From Vicugna vicugna (taxonomy: Eukaryota): 64,000 nucleotides of DNA. Numbering within the stretch: the stretch's first letter is position 1; each line of letters begins with the position of its first letter. The position numbers were made by a program, and so were the translations under genes. The stretch spans positions 1,674,001-1,738,000 of the forward strand of contig MU058221.1 in NCBI GenBank assembly GCA_013265495.1, in the 5' to 3' direction. This document shows, in pieces, positions 12,263 to 25,510 of the stretch. The notes under the pieces are model-generated. The model ran no database searches and was not told the DNA's origin. It was given only the letters and a program-made list of their open reading frames with translations.

Positions 12263-13759
12263 ACAAGGGCCCACAGAGGTTATGCCTAGAAAGCAAAACC
12301 GCAGAAAACTATGTAAGAAAACGACCTATCACAAAAGGCCACCCACTGACGGTCAGAAAACTGAACAGGCCCTTTGACAGAGGCTTCAGAGCGTCAGGAA
12401 TTGCTGAGCAAGAAGCTACACTGACGGCTCCCTCAGTGTGACGGGCTGTGTGTGCGTCGGTGGCCTTTACCTTTCAGAACGTGAACACGTTACAGTTTGC
12501 CAGATTTCGGGATGGTCTCGTCTTTTAAAATACTTTTTTCCCTAATACGAGGGATTAGGGATGATTCCTTGTCTTGATCACATGTATCAGCATTTCCTGA
12601 GATAACGGATAACTCCCTGGGCGCAAAGGCTCGACGCTGATAGTCACTCAGCAAAAGCCTGAAGTAGCCACAGTCCAGCAAAGCAAATTCCGCCCCGGGA
12701 GCTGCGAATCTGCGTCCGGCTTCTCCTGCCTCAGGCCCGTGTGGCGGGAGGGCAGGACAGCACGGAGACGAAGGTGGGAGGTGGGAACAGACCATAAAAG
12801 ACGCCTGGGATGTTAACAGATATTGAAGCTGCCATCGATTCCAGTTCAAAATAAGATACTTCTCCTTTGTCCAAGTTCTGCCTCTAAAATGCCTCTCACC
12901 CTACGACAGGAATTCAACCATGACGGATGGATGTTCCTGAAAAGCCGTAAAGAGACGATCGGTTGACTCTGAGGCTGATTCTCCAGAAGCCCGTTGTGAC
13001 CCTTTAGATCTGCTTCATAAGAGGAGCGTTTTAGGATGATGCAGTGAGATGGCTAAAACTTAATTAGTTATCAGATAATTACCTAATGGACCTTTTTTGA
13101 GATATAAGTTGAGCCACATCTCTAGATGCAATGCAATTAATTTTGAATTTTATAAGCCATAAAAGGAAATCACAGCCCCATGCATCAGCTAAGGCAGGAA
13201 GGTAATATTTAGATGCTGCGCTGACACCAAGACACCTCAAGCAGGTTAATTGGGTGGCAATTAGCAAGCAGAGTGCTAATCACCATACTAGTCTTCTATT
13301 ATGCAAATGAAATTACATTTCAATTAACAGTTAAGAAACCAAACAATTCAAAACGTGTGGGCAATAATAGCAATTGGCATGTTTCGGAGAAGCCAGCGAG
13401 AAACTCTTCTGAATGGGATGTTTTCATCTCACTCTCGTTCACTGAGATCGGGATCAGGTTCCCGTTTCTGGGCCTGAACCTAGAAGTGCAGCTCCGTATT
13501 TAAGAACTGACGTCGGCCACGCCAAAGGCAGTTTATGATAGTCTCTGCTAGGATTACATGTGAAAAGAGGAAACTCCAAGTTCGCTCAGTTTCTTTCTCT
13601 CCTTTATTAACAGGAAGAAACCAGGGCTTACACAGCGTGAATGACTTGGTTAAGTTCAAATGGTTACTTCGTGACAAATCTGGATCAAGACTTCAAAGTG
13701 ACTGTGACAAGCACACTTTCTGCCGTCTGACTGCCAAGAGTAAGAACGTCCCGTACCGC

Positions 13760-14005
13760 CAGTCGCAGAGCACAGGTTTCAAGAGTCTGGCGTTTGGCGC
13801 CATACCCACCTGGGGCTTTCCACGGACTGGCTGTGTAGGCTTCGCGCAAGTGCCTCAACTTCTCTAAGCCTGAGTTTCCTAAGCTGAAAGGTGCAGCCAA
13901 GAGGAGCCACTTCAACGTTCTGGCGGGGGCCTTGACGGAAATAGGCTACGAGGAGTTTGGCACACATAGGTGCCCTCGACGCGGCAGCTACTGTTACTAG
14001 CAGTG
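13760..14005 (+). mobile_element. MIR SINE
   Basis: ggctgtgtaggcttcgcgcaagtgcctcaacttctctaagcctgagtttcc..tggcacacataggtgccctc. Confidence 0.7.
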
Positions 14006-15019
14006 GTTTTATAAGAAAGTAAGTTGATAGAATTTGAGGGGCTCAGAAAAGTAATCCCTTCCCCTCCCAGGAGGTCATGTTGCCTCAAAATCTTCTCACT
14101 CAAGAGTCTTTATTTCTGATTGTCGGCTGAAGGCACGTGTCACCGGAAGCAACAACACTTGAGCTTGTTTTCAGCAAACACCTTAGCAGAAATCAAGGCG
14201 CTAATGGTAACGAAAGGCAAGGGTCCAGTGACTGCAGAACTCTGGGAGCGAATGCACAAGTGGCTCACAGTTAAAGGGGGAAAATGGGAAAGGAAACAGA
14301 AGGCATGCAAAGTAAATTCTACTGTCTTTCTCATCTTGCCAAGGACGTCTCACCGGGAAAATCCAGGTGGAAACTCGCCTCTAGGGGTCTAACCACTGAC
14401 ACGGGAATTATCAGGCTGCTGGGTTTGTTTTCAAGCTGTGTAAATAAGGCAAAGATAAATAGGGATTTTAGTTATTTTGACCAATATAAATTACTTGGCT
14501 AAAACCACCCACGTTTGAGGCAAGGGAAATCGGGTTGGTCACGCTCCTGTTTCCGCCTGAATTATCAGTGTGAACGCAGTTCCCGCTGCTGGCAGGGGCC
14601 TGCCGCGCTGCAAAGAGCCCTGCCCGTGGGTGATGGTGACAGAGGAGAAAGGGACAGCTGAGGCCTGGCCGTGTTCTCTCTGTGCACGTAGGAAACCAAG
14701 CATTTGAAAATCTTGTAAAAACCGTGACTTACATGATTCTAACAATGGATCGGGTTCAGGAAGGGAAGGAGGGAAGTTGCTCAAGAACTCCTTGAAGAGA
14801 GAGCGCAGCAGTTTTGAACCAAGAGTCTGTAACTGCATTGTCGTTCAACACCAGCGCTGCTCAAGGCCAAATCCGCTCTTTCAGCCTCCTTCAAACCCCA
14901 CCGCTCACCCCCAGTTACTCTACAGAGTCGCTCAGCGTGCCTCATCGCCAGCTTCCTCTCTAGCAGCACACTGGGTAAGACGCTCTGAGCAACCTTCCTG
15001 ATTGAAACAACTAAAAAGA

Positions 15020-15495
15020 CCCCAGGTGGTCCCCCTGACTCCTGCTTCCTGATGCTCAGATCTGTTTGCAATCGCCTCACCTCTGGTGTGGGCAGGAATG
15101 TGTGATTTGCTCCTCACCAATCATATATGGCTCTGCGGTGTGTTTCTCACCATAAAATATGGCAAAAATCACTTCTGCTCCACGAGACTGTAATACTCAT
15201 TTTGCTAGGAGACCCTTTCCCTCGCTGGCTCTGATGAGCTAATTAGCCGTGCCAAGGAGATCGGGTAACAGCCAGCTAGGAAGGGAGGGCAGTCTCCACT
15301 GACAGCCAGCAAGGAGCTGAAGCTCTCGGTTCAGCGTCACCCCAGGACCTGAGTCCTGCTTCTGCCCACAGGCGCCTAGATGTGGTCCTTCCCCAGCTGA
15401 GCCTTCAGATGAGAACCCGGCTGACACTTGGATTGCAACCTTGGAAAGAGTCCAGCTAAGCTAAGTTTCTCATGACCTACAGAAGCTCTGAGATA
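15020..15495 (+). mobile_element. MLT1 (E/F-like) LTR
   Basis: gtgtgggcaggaatgtgtgatttgctcctcaccaat; gacagccagcaaggagctgaag; gagccttcagatgagaacc. Confidence 0.75.
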
Positions 15496-15569
15496 TATGC
15501 TATATACGTCAAACAATACAAGGTATATATTATATATGTGAAGATTTCTTTTATACCCTGAAAATACTG

Positions 15570-16930
15570 AGTCCTTTTTTAATGAAGATGACGTTTTATG
15601 TATTTATAGGCCATATGTGTTTCCCTTTCTGTGAAATGCCTTTGCTTTCTATTCCTTATTGAGTTGAATTGACATCATTATATTGTTTATACGTTCTATA
15701 TATGGACATCAAGCCATACGTATGCATTTAATTAGATCTCCCTTCACGTTTTCACTTAAGTTTTATATTTTTGCATAAAAGACTAGAATATTTAATTTTG
15801 ATTTATACCTTTAATATATTTAGTATACGTTTATCATATATTCATTCTCAAACACCACATATACATGTAACAAAACTAACAGCTGTTGATATGCCGAAAT
15901 GCAGTACTATTAACCATTAATTTTGCAATTCTACAAAATTTATTTATAAATTTTCACAATTTATCTCTGTATTGTTTTGGATTCTCTATGTAGACAATCA
16001 AATCACTTTCAAGTGACAAACGCTTTACTTTTTCTTTCCAACATCATTTCTTTTCTGTCTTGTTTGTCTTTACTTTACTGCAGAGGTAGGACGTCCAGTA
16101 TAATGTTGATTAGAAGGGACAGAGTGGGCATTACTTACAATGTTTTCTGTAGCTCTTTTTGTGTCTCTGTTTTTGTAAATGCTTTTCATCTGATTTAAAA
16201 AAAAGAAATGCTCTTCCATCCAATTGTCAAGAATTTTGTCAGAGGTGGATGTTGAATTTCATATAAAATTTCTTTATCTGAGATTATTACACATTTATTG
16301 TCATTTAATATGTTAACATGCTAAATTAGCCTCTGCATTTTTTTGACATCAAATCATCCCTGGATTCCTGATCCCACTTGGTAATGATGTATTGTCTTCA
16401 GTGTTTCAGTATTTTTCAAAGGAATTTTGAAATTTTTTTGTGAGTCAGACTGGCCTGTAATTTCCTTTGTTCTGCTCCTGTTTGGTTTTGGTATGACAAT
16501 TATTTTAGCCTCATGCGGTGAACAGAGGAGCATCTTCCCTGTTTACACCACCTGGGAAAGTGTGGGAGCTGTATATTCTTTAAATGTTTAGTACGCCGAT
16601 ATCTATAGTTACGTGCCCTTTCTTACTCCCGTGTTGTTCTTCTCCCTTGATCAACTTCACTAAGGATTTTTATCAAGCTTACTATCTCTTAAAAAGAACT
16701 TACTTTGGATCTACTGATCCTTTCTAGTGTATGTTTATTTTTTATTTCATTAAATTTGTTTTTGATCTTTCCACTTTCTTCGGATTTATTTTGAAGTCAT
16801 TTTCATTAGTTCACATATTACATGCTTAGTTCATAAATTTCAAAACATTTTTATTTTATGTTAAGGGTTTAAGGGCATGTATTTTTCTAAAGTTCTGCTT
16901 TAGTTGCATACCACCGTTTCTTATAATAGC
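15570..16930 (-). mobile_element. Highly decayed L1ME-type LINE-1
   Basis: T-rich; ggattctctatgtagacaatc, aggacgtccagtataatgttga, ggatgttgaattt correspond to antisense L1 ORF2. Confidence 0.7.
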
Positions 16931-17029
16931 ACTGTTTTTGGTAATATGTATCAGCTACATATGGCTGAATAACAGCATTGTCAAAAATTTAGTGAATTAA
17001 AACTACACAGATTTATTATATATCCCCAA

Positions 17030-18210
17030 TAATAGTTTGTTCTCTGTATCTGTGAGTCTGTTTCTGTTCTGTTATATTCATTCATTGATTTTATTTTTTT
17101 AGATTCCACCTTTAAGTGATAACATACAGTGATTCTCTTTTTCTATCTGACTTATTTCCCTAAGCATAATGCCCTCTAGGGCCAGCCAAGCTTTTTCAAA
17201 TTACAGAATTTTATTCTTTTTTATAGCTGACTAATATTACATTGATATATATATATACTCACACACATATGTATATCTATATATATATATATATCACATC
17301 CTCTTCACCAGTCCAATCGTTGATGAGTGCTAAGGTTGCTTCCATATCTTGCCTTTGTAAATAATGCTGCTATGAGCATTGGGGGTACATGTATCTTTTT
17401 AAATTACAAAGCTGCAGTAATCAAAACAAGACTGGCACAAAAACAGGCACATAGATCAATGCGACGGAACAGACAGCCCCAAAATAAACCCACACATTTA
17501 TGGTTAATCTACAACAAAGGTGGCGAGAAGGTAAAATGGAGAAAAACCAGTCTTTTCAATAAGTGGAGCTGGGAACACTGGTCAGCTGCATATGAAATAA
17601 TCATATTAGAACATTTTCTCTCACTATGTACAAAATAAATTGAAAATGGATTACAGGTTGAAATGTAAGGCTGGAAACCATAAAAATGCTAGAAGAAAAC
17701 AAAGACAAAATACTCTTTGACATAAATCATAGCAATAATTTTTTGGATCTGTCTCCTAAGGCAAAGAAGAGAAGCAAAAATAAACAAATAAAAGCTTTTG
17801 CATAGCAAAGAAAATCATTGACAAAATGAAAAGATAATTTCCTGAATGGGGGAAAATATATAAATAGCTCACGCAACTCAATATCGAAAAACACTTAAAA
17901 AGCTGGCAGCAGACCTAAATAGACATTTTCCCAAAGAAGATTTCCAGATGGCCAATAGACACATGCAAGGATGCTCAACATCACTCATCATCAGAGAAAT
18001 GCCAATCAAAACCGCAGTGGGATGTCACCTCACACCTATCAGAATGGCCATCTTCAAAAGTCTGCAAATAACAAATGTTGGCGAGGATGTGGAGAAAAGG
18101 GAACCACAGCACAATGTTGGCGGGAATGCGAACTGGTGCATCCACTGTGGAAAACAGTATGAAGTTTCCTGATAGGCTCAAAACTGAATTACATGATCCA
18201 GCAACCCCTG
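17030..18210 (-). mobile_element. 5'-inverted LINE-1
   Basis: Minus-strand 3'UTR/ORF2 end at 17030-17406; plus-strand ORF2 ([29 protein letters not shown]) at 17404-18210. Confidence 0.85.
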
Positions 18211-21200
18211 GGACAGGCTGCCCTCTTCCTTTCCTGATCCTTCCTCCTGGGTTACATTTGTTTCTAAGTGCTCAGCTCTCTGAGGATGTAATCGGAGAGG
18301 AGCCTTGACATGATTCCCGGTACTTCAATGACCTGCATGTCTGCAGGCACTGTTGCCATTTGCCAGGCGTGGCTGATGGCTCAGGTGGATGAGCACCCAG
18401 GCTTCCCTCTGGATTCTTCCTTGCCCACAGCGATGACGTGCTCTGAACAAAAGTCAGAGAATGTCTTACTCCCCTCTGCGTCTATACCTGCCCCTTGGAA
18501 TATCAATAGCGTTGCTTTGCCCAGTGAGTTTTAGGGCACATAACACACGCATTTTGCACTAACACCCCCTCCCTAGGGCTCAAGCCAGAATCCATGGGGT
18601 ATATCAGGGGAACTATGTGAATCCAAAATCTGAATTTACCGATTCCCTTTGACATTTATCAGAAACATTCGTCCTGAACTGGACCAACACACTCTGCTTC
18701 GCTCCCTTTTTCCTTGAAATACATTTTCTCCCTGGGGATTTCAGTCTCCTCTGACAAGCACGCTCTCCTTCCATCAAGAATGCCCAGGGCTTTCTAAATG
18801 TTGGAGCAGAACAAGTCTTTTATTAAAAATAGAAACTCGAAATACATGCAGAAAAGCTGGATCCATTATTTTCAGTAACAGAACATCGAAACTGTCCCAA
18901 GCTTCACAGCATATGAAATTAGTAAAATTAATTACGGTGCGCTCACATAATGGAACTTTTCCACATTAATATTAGGTAAGAGAATTTAAATAGATTAAAG
19001 GAGGTCAATAATACAGATTTAAGTGTAAATACAGTTTTTACAGTGGGAAATTCTGATTGTAAGGCTGTATGAGTGATGCACGAACCTGTGTGTGTGTGCA
19101 CAAGAATATTAACAGTAGTTACTTCTGGGTAGCGAGGTCAGGGGTGATATTTACTTTCTGTTCAAAATAATACATAATTATTTATTTGATTTTTAAGTTC
19201 CACTGTAACAGTTACATTTCTTAAAGTTATTAAAATCTGAGCTGCCATTCCTACAATCTGATTTATATATTTGGCTTCAAGGAACACATAAAAATAAATG
19301 CTTGTTTCTTCAAGTATGGTCCCTACATCTGACCATTTTTATTAAATGGATGGAAATTGTCAGAAGAAGAACTGGTAACATAAAATTCTAAATTGCCAAT
19401 CATATTCACCCAAAGGCCTACAAAAATCTAATTTTAATGTTGCTCTGTAAAAAAAAAAAGATATTTTCCACTATTTAATTAAAAACCACAAGGTAATCCC
19501 AGTGAAAACACTGAGTTTAGAATGACAGCATCATTTTTACTTTTTCCTATTTAAAAAATAACAGTTATTCATAGCCCAATAATATTTTGTTGATTGTGTT
19601 CACATTGATAATCAGGTGCTCTGCCATCATCAAATATACAATAATAATAATAATAAAGAAGTACGGTAAATTGGAAATAAGCACATTTCCTGTCCACCAG
19701 CCTTGCCTAACCGAGACAATTTATAGTATTCATATTGCTTTTTATGCTTTTTAATTTATTCTTCCTGTTTTTTGTTTTATTCTGGCAAAATCTTAATAAG
19801 TCAAATACAGAAATCAAAAGAGTCTAAAGAAAAAAACACAACTGCAAGCATCCAGCTACATTGTTCTCAGGTCAAGTGGGTCCAGGGAGAAACTGAAAAA
19901 TTTGCAGCTTTGTGTGGACACTTTTTGCCATTGGGCAAAAACAGAGGGTGTCAAGTCAAAACAGAAAGAGAGGAAGATTAAAATAAAATAAAATAAACAG
20001 AATTGTAGAGCTTTGCCCACTGCTGTGCATTCAAGTAAATATATACAGTTTGTAGTAGGATATTAGATATTTGGGGCAAGCAGGGGACATGTGTCCCACG
20101 ATCCAGGACACGTCCGGCCAGAATTTCCTATTAAACTGTCCGTCACCCTACACCAAGCATCAAAAAGGATGGAGCTGCACATTTTGTTTCCTAATTTGTT
20201 ATCCCCCAGATCACGGCACACAGGTGCCCCAAACATGTGTCTAGTGATGATAATAAAAACGACCCACCTGTCAGTCTGTGGGCAAACACACCAGAGAAAT
20301 GCACATAGTTAGGAAAATTAAACTTCTGGTCCCCTGGTTATAAACACATAAGCACTGAAGTATAAATTAATTTGAAAATCAACAAGTAGCGTTGTTCTCG
20401 GCGTCTCCCGACCATGGCAAGGCATAAACTGCGATTGCTTTAGACATAGGAGATGTATGCACTTGACAGTTTTAATTACCTGCTTTTTAAAAAAATGTTT
20501 TAAAAGAAGAGCAAGATGCGAGATATTCAGTTTCGATCAGTCAGTACTTGTACAAAGAAATCATTCCACATTTATTAAGCCACCAAACAGAGTCTTATTT
20601 TCAGGCACCGTGCTAAATACTGGATACACCACAGTGAGAAAAACAGAGGGGGCCGTGTCCTCTAGTGCAGTGGGGAAGGCAAATTATTTTAAATAAACAG
20701 ATTAAAGTCTGTAATAAGTGTATAGCAGGATGGAGTTTTTTTATTTCTTACTTGACTCTTTTTTTTTCACATTCCCATCTCTATGGCTCCCCAACTTAGT
20801 CATTCTGTTTATCTGTGAGAAACTATATTTGATAAGATAGGAAAAGAGCAGAGGGACAAACTTACGGCATAAACAGTGACCACAACATTAGGGGGAGAAA
20901 TATTGTTTCTCTTGCAAATAATTTCCTCTGAACAATCTGGAAGAACCAGCACCTCCTCCTACAACAGAACCAAGGAGCTTCTGCCGTCTCATCCCCCTGG
21001 TGACAGGTGCACAGAGCAGGGCAGGAGTGGATAAAAGATGGTATTTTGATAAGATGGAAGCAGAGGAAGGGAGACCTTCGGACGGGACTCAGAGATAACC
21101 CAGCTGCAGTGTGGGCAACACGGTGACTAATCCCTCGGTCTCCATGCAGGGATAGAATACGGTATTCTCTCCTGGTTGGGGATCAAATATTGCAGGCAGA

Positions 21201-21269
21201 CCTGAGGATATCAAATGCCTAATCGGAAAGTGAATGCCAAGGACTGAAATTAATGGGGAACAGCCAGAG

Positions 21270-22090
21270 AGGTCCGGGAGGGTCCCTTAGGAAAGGATGC
21301 TTCAGCTGACGCCTGAAAGATGAGAAGGTTCCGTTAGACAAACAGCACCAAATGTTCTTTTGCAAAAGTTAGACACGAGCTAAAGACAAATTCCAGAACA
21401 AAACAACGCTGGCAGCTGGGGAGACAGGAGCAAGATGACAAGTCACCGAGGGGGCGGGGGCAGGACCACGCAGCGCCCTGAGGACGACATGAAGGACTTC
21501 ATTTTTCACACTGAAAGCAGCGGAGAGCCTCTGAGGGCGGTACGAAGGGATGGACAAGACCTTTCTGCACAGCACTGCAGAGGGACCTAGGAGAAGAGCA
21601 GATGGGCAAAGTGGCCATCAACAGTGCAGTTCAGGAGAGCTAACGGCCACTTAGCACCAAACATATTAGCACTAGAGATGGGGGAAACAGACTCAACAAG
21701 GATTTGGAGATTAATTTGATCAGAAGAGGTAGTGAAACGGGCATATGGAGTAAGAGAAAGGGAAGGCATGAAGAACTTAGACGAATGCTGGTGCCAGGGG
21801 GCGAGACGGGGAAAATGAGGCCAGAGGAGGTTTGACAGGGAGAATTCCAGGACAAACTTGAATACACTGAGTTAAGATGCCTTTGATATAAGATAGCCAA
21901 ATGGAAATGCAAGAGAAATCCAAATAAAAATTCTGCATCTAGAATATTTAGGTCGAGATTTGGGGGTACAAGTCAAGAGTGGAAGCAGTGAAACCAAGAA
22001 GTGTTTGAGATCTGAGACAAGGCCGATGCCCAAGTGGCATCTGAAGGGCCTGATGCTCGGATACCAAGCAAGAGGCCAGTGGAAGAAAAA
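21270..22090 (-). mobile_element. L2 LINE fragment
   Basis: Purine-rich; acactgagttaagatgcctttgatata..ccaaatggaaatg..gatttgggggtac. Confidence 0.65.
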
Positions 22091-22389
22091 TCCAAGAGTC
22101 TCAACACGGGTTCTACCCCTTCTCCTTATCCTTCCAGCCTCGCTACAGCTTCCAGAAGATCCTGCCCGATCATTAAGGACTATATACAGAGAGCTGTCTG
22201 AGACATCCAAGGTTCTCTGAAAAATAGGTAAATAAAGAAGTCACCAGTTAATTCACCTCAAGTTAGAGGTAGGACACATTTGCTAAATCAAAAAGAAAAA
22301 AAAAAGGACCAAAAGTGTACAGGAAACTCAGTTAAGGACTGTGGGTGATAAAAAGGTGTAATAAAAGCAGGTATGTGATAACCTCCTCC

Positions 22390-22600
22390 TCTGTGAGAGC
22401 CACTATTCTGCATACTATTAACTCATATTAACTCATTTAATCATCCAAACAACGTGACGCAAGCGAAATTGTTCTCTCCACCTTACAGACGAGAAAACAG
22501 AGGAACAGGGTGAGTGTAACTTGCCCAGCTATTGAGCAGCAGGTCTGGTCTGTGAAGCTGGGCAGACTGGCTTTAAACCCACACTTTTTCATTGCTACAC
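22390..22600 (-). mobile_element. MIR SINE
   Basis: attaactcatttaatcatcc..ccaccttacagacgagaaaacagagg..taacttgccca. Confidence 0.8.
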
Positions 22601-22769
22601 TATCATGTAAAATAAGCCCTGATGGGTCTTTATGATCTAGTTAAAAATATAATAAATAAAATAGCAAAGTGTGCAATAAAATTGCAAAGCATATAGTTAC
22701 TCAGCTCTAGGAAGCTCAGGAGATTCGCCACATATACTGAAGCTCAGCTTCTCCAATGACTGGAGATAC

Positions 22770-23080
22770 CTCAGTCAGGTTAGGCTATGAAAAGCTGCAG
22801 TGACAATCAACTCCAATTTATCAGTCATTTAACAAAGCGAACGTTTATTTATTATTAACACTACATCCCCAACATGAGCATCACTCAGGGACCCAGGCAG
22901 ACAGGCTACGTCTTGGCACGGACTTCCACAGTCTCTCAGAAGGGGAATTAAAAAAAGCGGAAACTCAAACGCAGGCTTTGAAAACATCTGCCAAGAACAG
23001 ACAAGCAGATCACTATCAATTCTGACCACCTTTCATGGGCCAAAGCCAGCTGTTCACATGGCCACACTTGACGTTAAGGG
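22770..23080 (-). mobile_element. MLT1J-like LTR
   Basis: agtcaggttaggctatg..gctgcagtgacaa..cactcagggacccaggcagac..ggccaaagc..cacatggccacac. Confidence 0.65.
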
Positions 23081-23869
23081 GATGGTGATGTAGAAATGAC
23101 ATATTTGTCAGTATCTCTGCAGAATCCCTCCCTGGACTCACCATAAGCCCTCACGATGGCACCCACCGCGGCTGGACCGCCCACAGCTGAAGGAGAAGAC
23201 GGCCACTCCCGGGTAGAGTGTTCCTCGTCTCCTTTGCTCAACTCACTTCCGGCCACAGCTCTTGAACAGACGATCTCAGCGAACCATCACCTGGTTGAGC
23301 GCCGCTGGAAGTCAGGATTATTCATTACAAAATAAAAAAAAGTTCTCCAACTCAAGATGTGACACTGAATATCAATTCAAACACAAGGAGAAAAAGAAAG
23401 AGACAGAAGCAAAAATGAGTTATTAGAATGTAGAAAAGCCACTGCATCTAAAAGGTGTCTCTCAGTGACAATGAAGAGACGTACTTCACGGCTGCCAGGG
23501 CCCTTAGGAAGTACTGGAGTGGATTTAAAAGAAAGAGAAATCCAGCCTGGCTAACACCACACTTTATGAGGGAAAACTTGTATTTTACCATAACACTTCT
23601 CTACACTTTAAAAATTAGAGATATTTGAAGGAAAGAGTCCTTTCAACTTATTATTTTGGGATGCGTGGTCCCCAAGAACACAAGGAGAAGAGCTTTATTG
23701 AACATTTGGCCTATGGGTTCTTCTACCATCTATCACCCAGGGGTCAGCAAACAATCAAGACATGACACAACCGCTTACTCTCAACTAGGAAGAAGCCAGA
23801 ATAAGATAAGCAAACGCAGGTTATAATTTAAAAATATGAAGTTTTGGCTTAAAATGAACTCCCAAAAAA

Positions 23870-24420
23870 GAAACACTAGAGCTCGAAAACATTGTGACAG
23901 AATTAAAGAGCACCCTTCATGGGCTCATTTGTAGCCTGGACAAGACTGAGTAAAGAGTCTCTGAGCTTGAGTCCAACTCAATAGAATCTTCCAAAACTGA
24001 GAAGCAGAGAGAACAAAGACTGAAAAAAGGAGAAAAATGGGACAGCTACAGAAGACATAGCACACACATGATGGAAGTACCTGAAGGAGAAGAAAGGGAC
24101 AGAAAACATATTTTAATATAATAATTATATTTATTATATACAGTTGGCATCTAGGGACTACTTTATGCAATGACAGCTGATTGCATATTCTTCCCAAGCT
24201 CACATGGAACATTCGCTAAGGTAGACCACATACTGAGCCATAAAACACACCTTAACAAATTTAAAAAGTAGAAATCGTACCATGTTTACTCTCAGACCAC
24301 AAGAGAATTAAGCTGGAAACAGAAAGATAACTGGAAAATTCCATAATACATGGAGATTAAACAATACGTATATTAGAAAAGAAGAAAAATCTAAAATCAA
24401 TTATCTAGCTTAAAAAAAAA
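23870..24420 (+). mobile_element. Decayed L1 ORF1 plus ORF2-endonuclease fragments
   Basis: gtacctgaaggagaagaaag (ORF1); ctcacatggaacattcgctaaggtagaccacatactgagccataaaaca (endonuclease HGTF.K.DHIL.HK motif). Confidence 0.8.
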
Positions 24421-24669
24421 AAAGAAAGCTTTTCACCTCGTCTACGCAAGCTACCTTAATAAACCCATGACAAAGCACAGTAAGAGAAAACTCTGTATCA
24501 ATCTCACACCCCAATGTAGGAGTTTTATTTAATACATCAGTAAATTAAACTCTTGAATACTAATGGAAAATATATATATATTATGAAGTAGAATTTTTTA
24601 AAAAGAATAAGAAGACTATTTTGGCACGAGAAAATAAGTTGAGAGAATTCACACAGTCAGTGTGACTGC

Positions 24670-24880
24670 AGATCTTAGCAAACGGGGCTTCCGACCCCAG
24701 CTCCACCAATCACTGATTTTGTGACCTTGTGCAAATTACCTGAACATTCTGGGCCTCTGTCTTCTCACAGACAAAATAGAGATAAAATATCACCTACCTC
24801 ACGGGTCTGTTGTGAGGACCAAGTGAGGGAATGTGCGTAAGGTACCCAGCACAACGGCTGGAAGTCCTCAGTGATGAGCT
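24670..24880 (+). mobile_element. MIR SINE
   Basis: cccagctccacc..tgtgaccttgtgcaaattacc..cacctacctcacgggtctgttgtgagga. Confidence 0.85.
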
Positions 24881-25239
24881 GTTACCATTGGACAGATGGA
24901 AAGTTATAAAAGGCACTTCATAAATTTAACATCCATTCCTGATGTTTGAAAGTAATAAACTAGGAATAAAAGAGTAGTATCAGAACATGACCAAAAAAAA
25001 AAACTATGTTTATCTGGAACCACTAGCATTATACTCGGCGAAAGAAAACAAGAGAAGAAATTCTTGATACTCTCAGTGATAAGACAAAGGCGACTTTTTG
25101 GGCCCAGAGTCAGCCACACTGCAAGGCTGAAGGCTTCGTCCTTCAGACGGCGAAGTCTGCCTAAGGTTTCTAGTATCAACTGCTAATAGTTTGGGTCCAG
25201 CACCTTAATTTTTGGGAAGAGTCCACGTGATCATTTTTA

Positions 25240-25510
25240 CTTTGACTGCTGCAAGTTCACCAGGTTCCTAAAACCACCCTAGTCTCTGTCATTTGCTAGA
25301 AAGAGTCACAGAACTCGCCGAAAGCTACGACACACAGAGCGGGGGTTAATCACAGGGAGAGCGAGAAAATTAAAATCCACCGAAGGAAAGCACACGAAGG
25401 TCGGAACCTGGGAGGGGCCCCATGGGACGCTTCTGCTACCCTCAGGGTGCGCAACCCTCTCTTCACTGATGTGTGGTAATACACACGGATTACTGCCAAC
25501 CTGGAAGCTC
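25240..25510 (-). mobile_element. MER21-like LTR fragment
   Basis: aaaccaccct..tttgctagaaagagtcacagaactc..atgtgtggtaatacacacggattactgccaacc. Confidence 0.7.

Noticed and set aside
12490..12849. 119-aa minus-strand ORF
   Set aside because: No ATG start, no recognisable homology, and no compatible coding exon structure
20054..20150. Small palindromic segment (gggacatgtgtccc..gtcacccta)
   Set aside because: Probably a decayed hAT-Blackjack MITE (MER81/MER94-like); too weak to call
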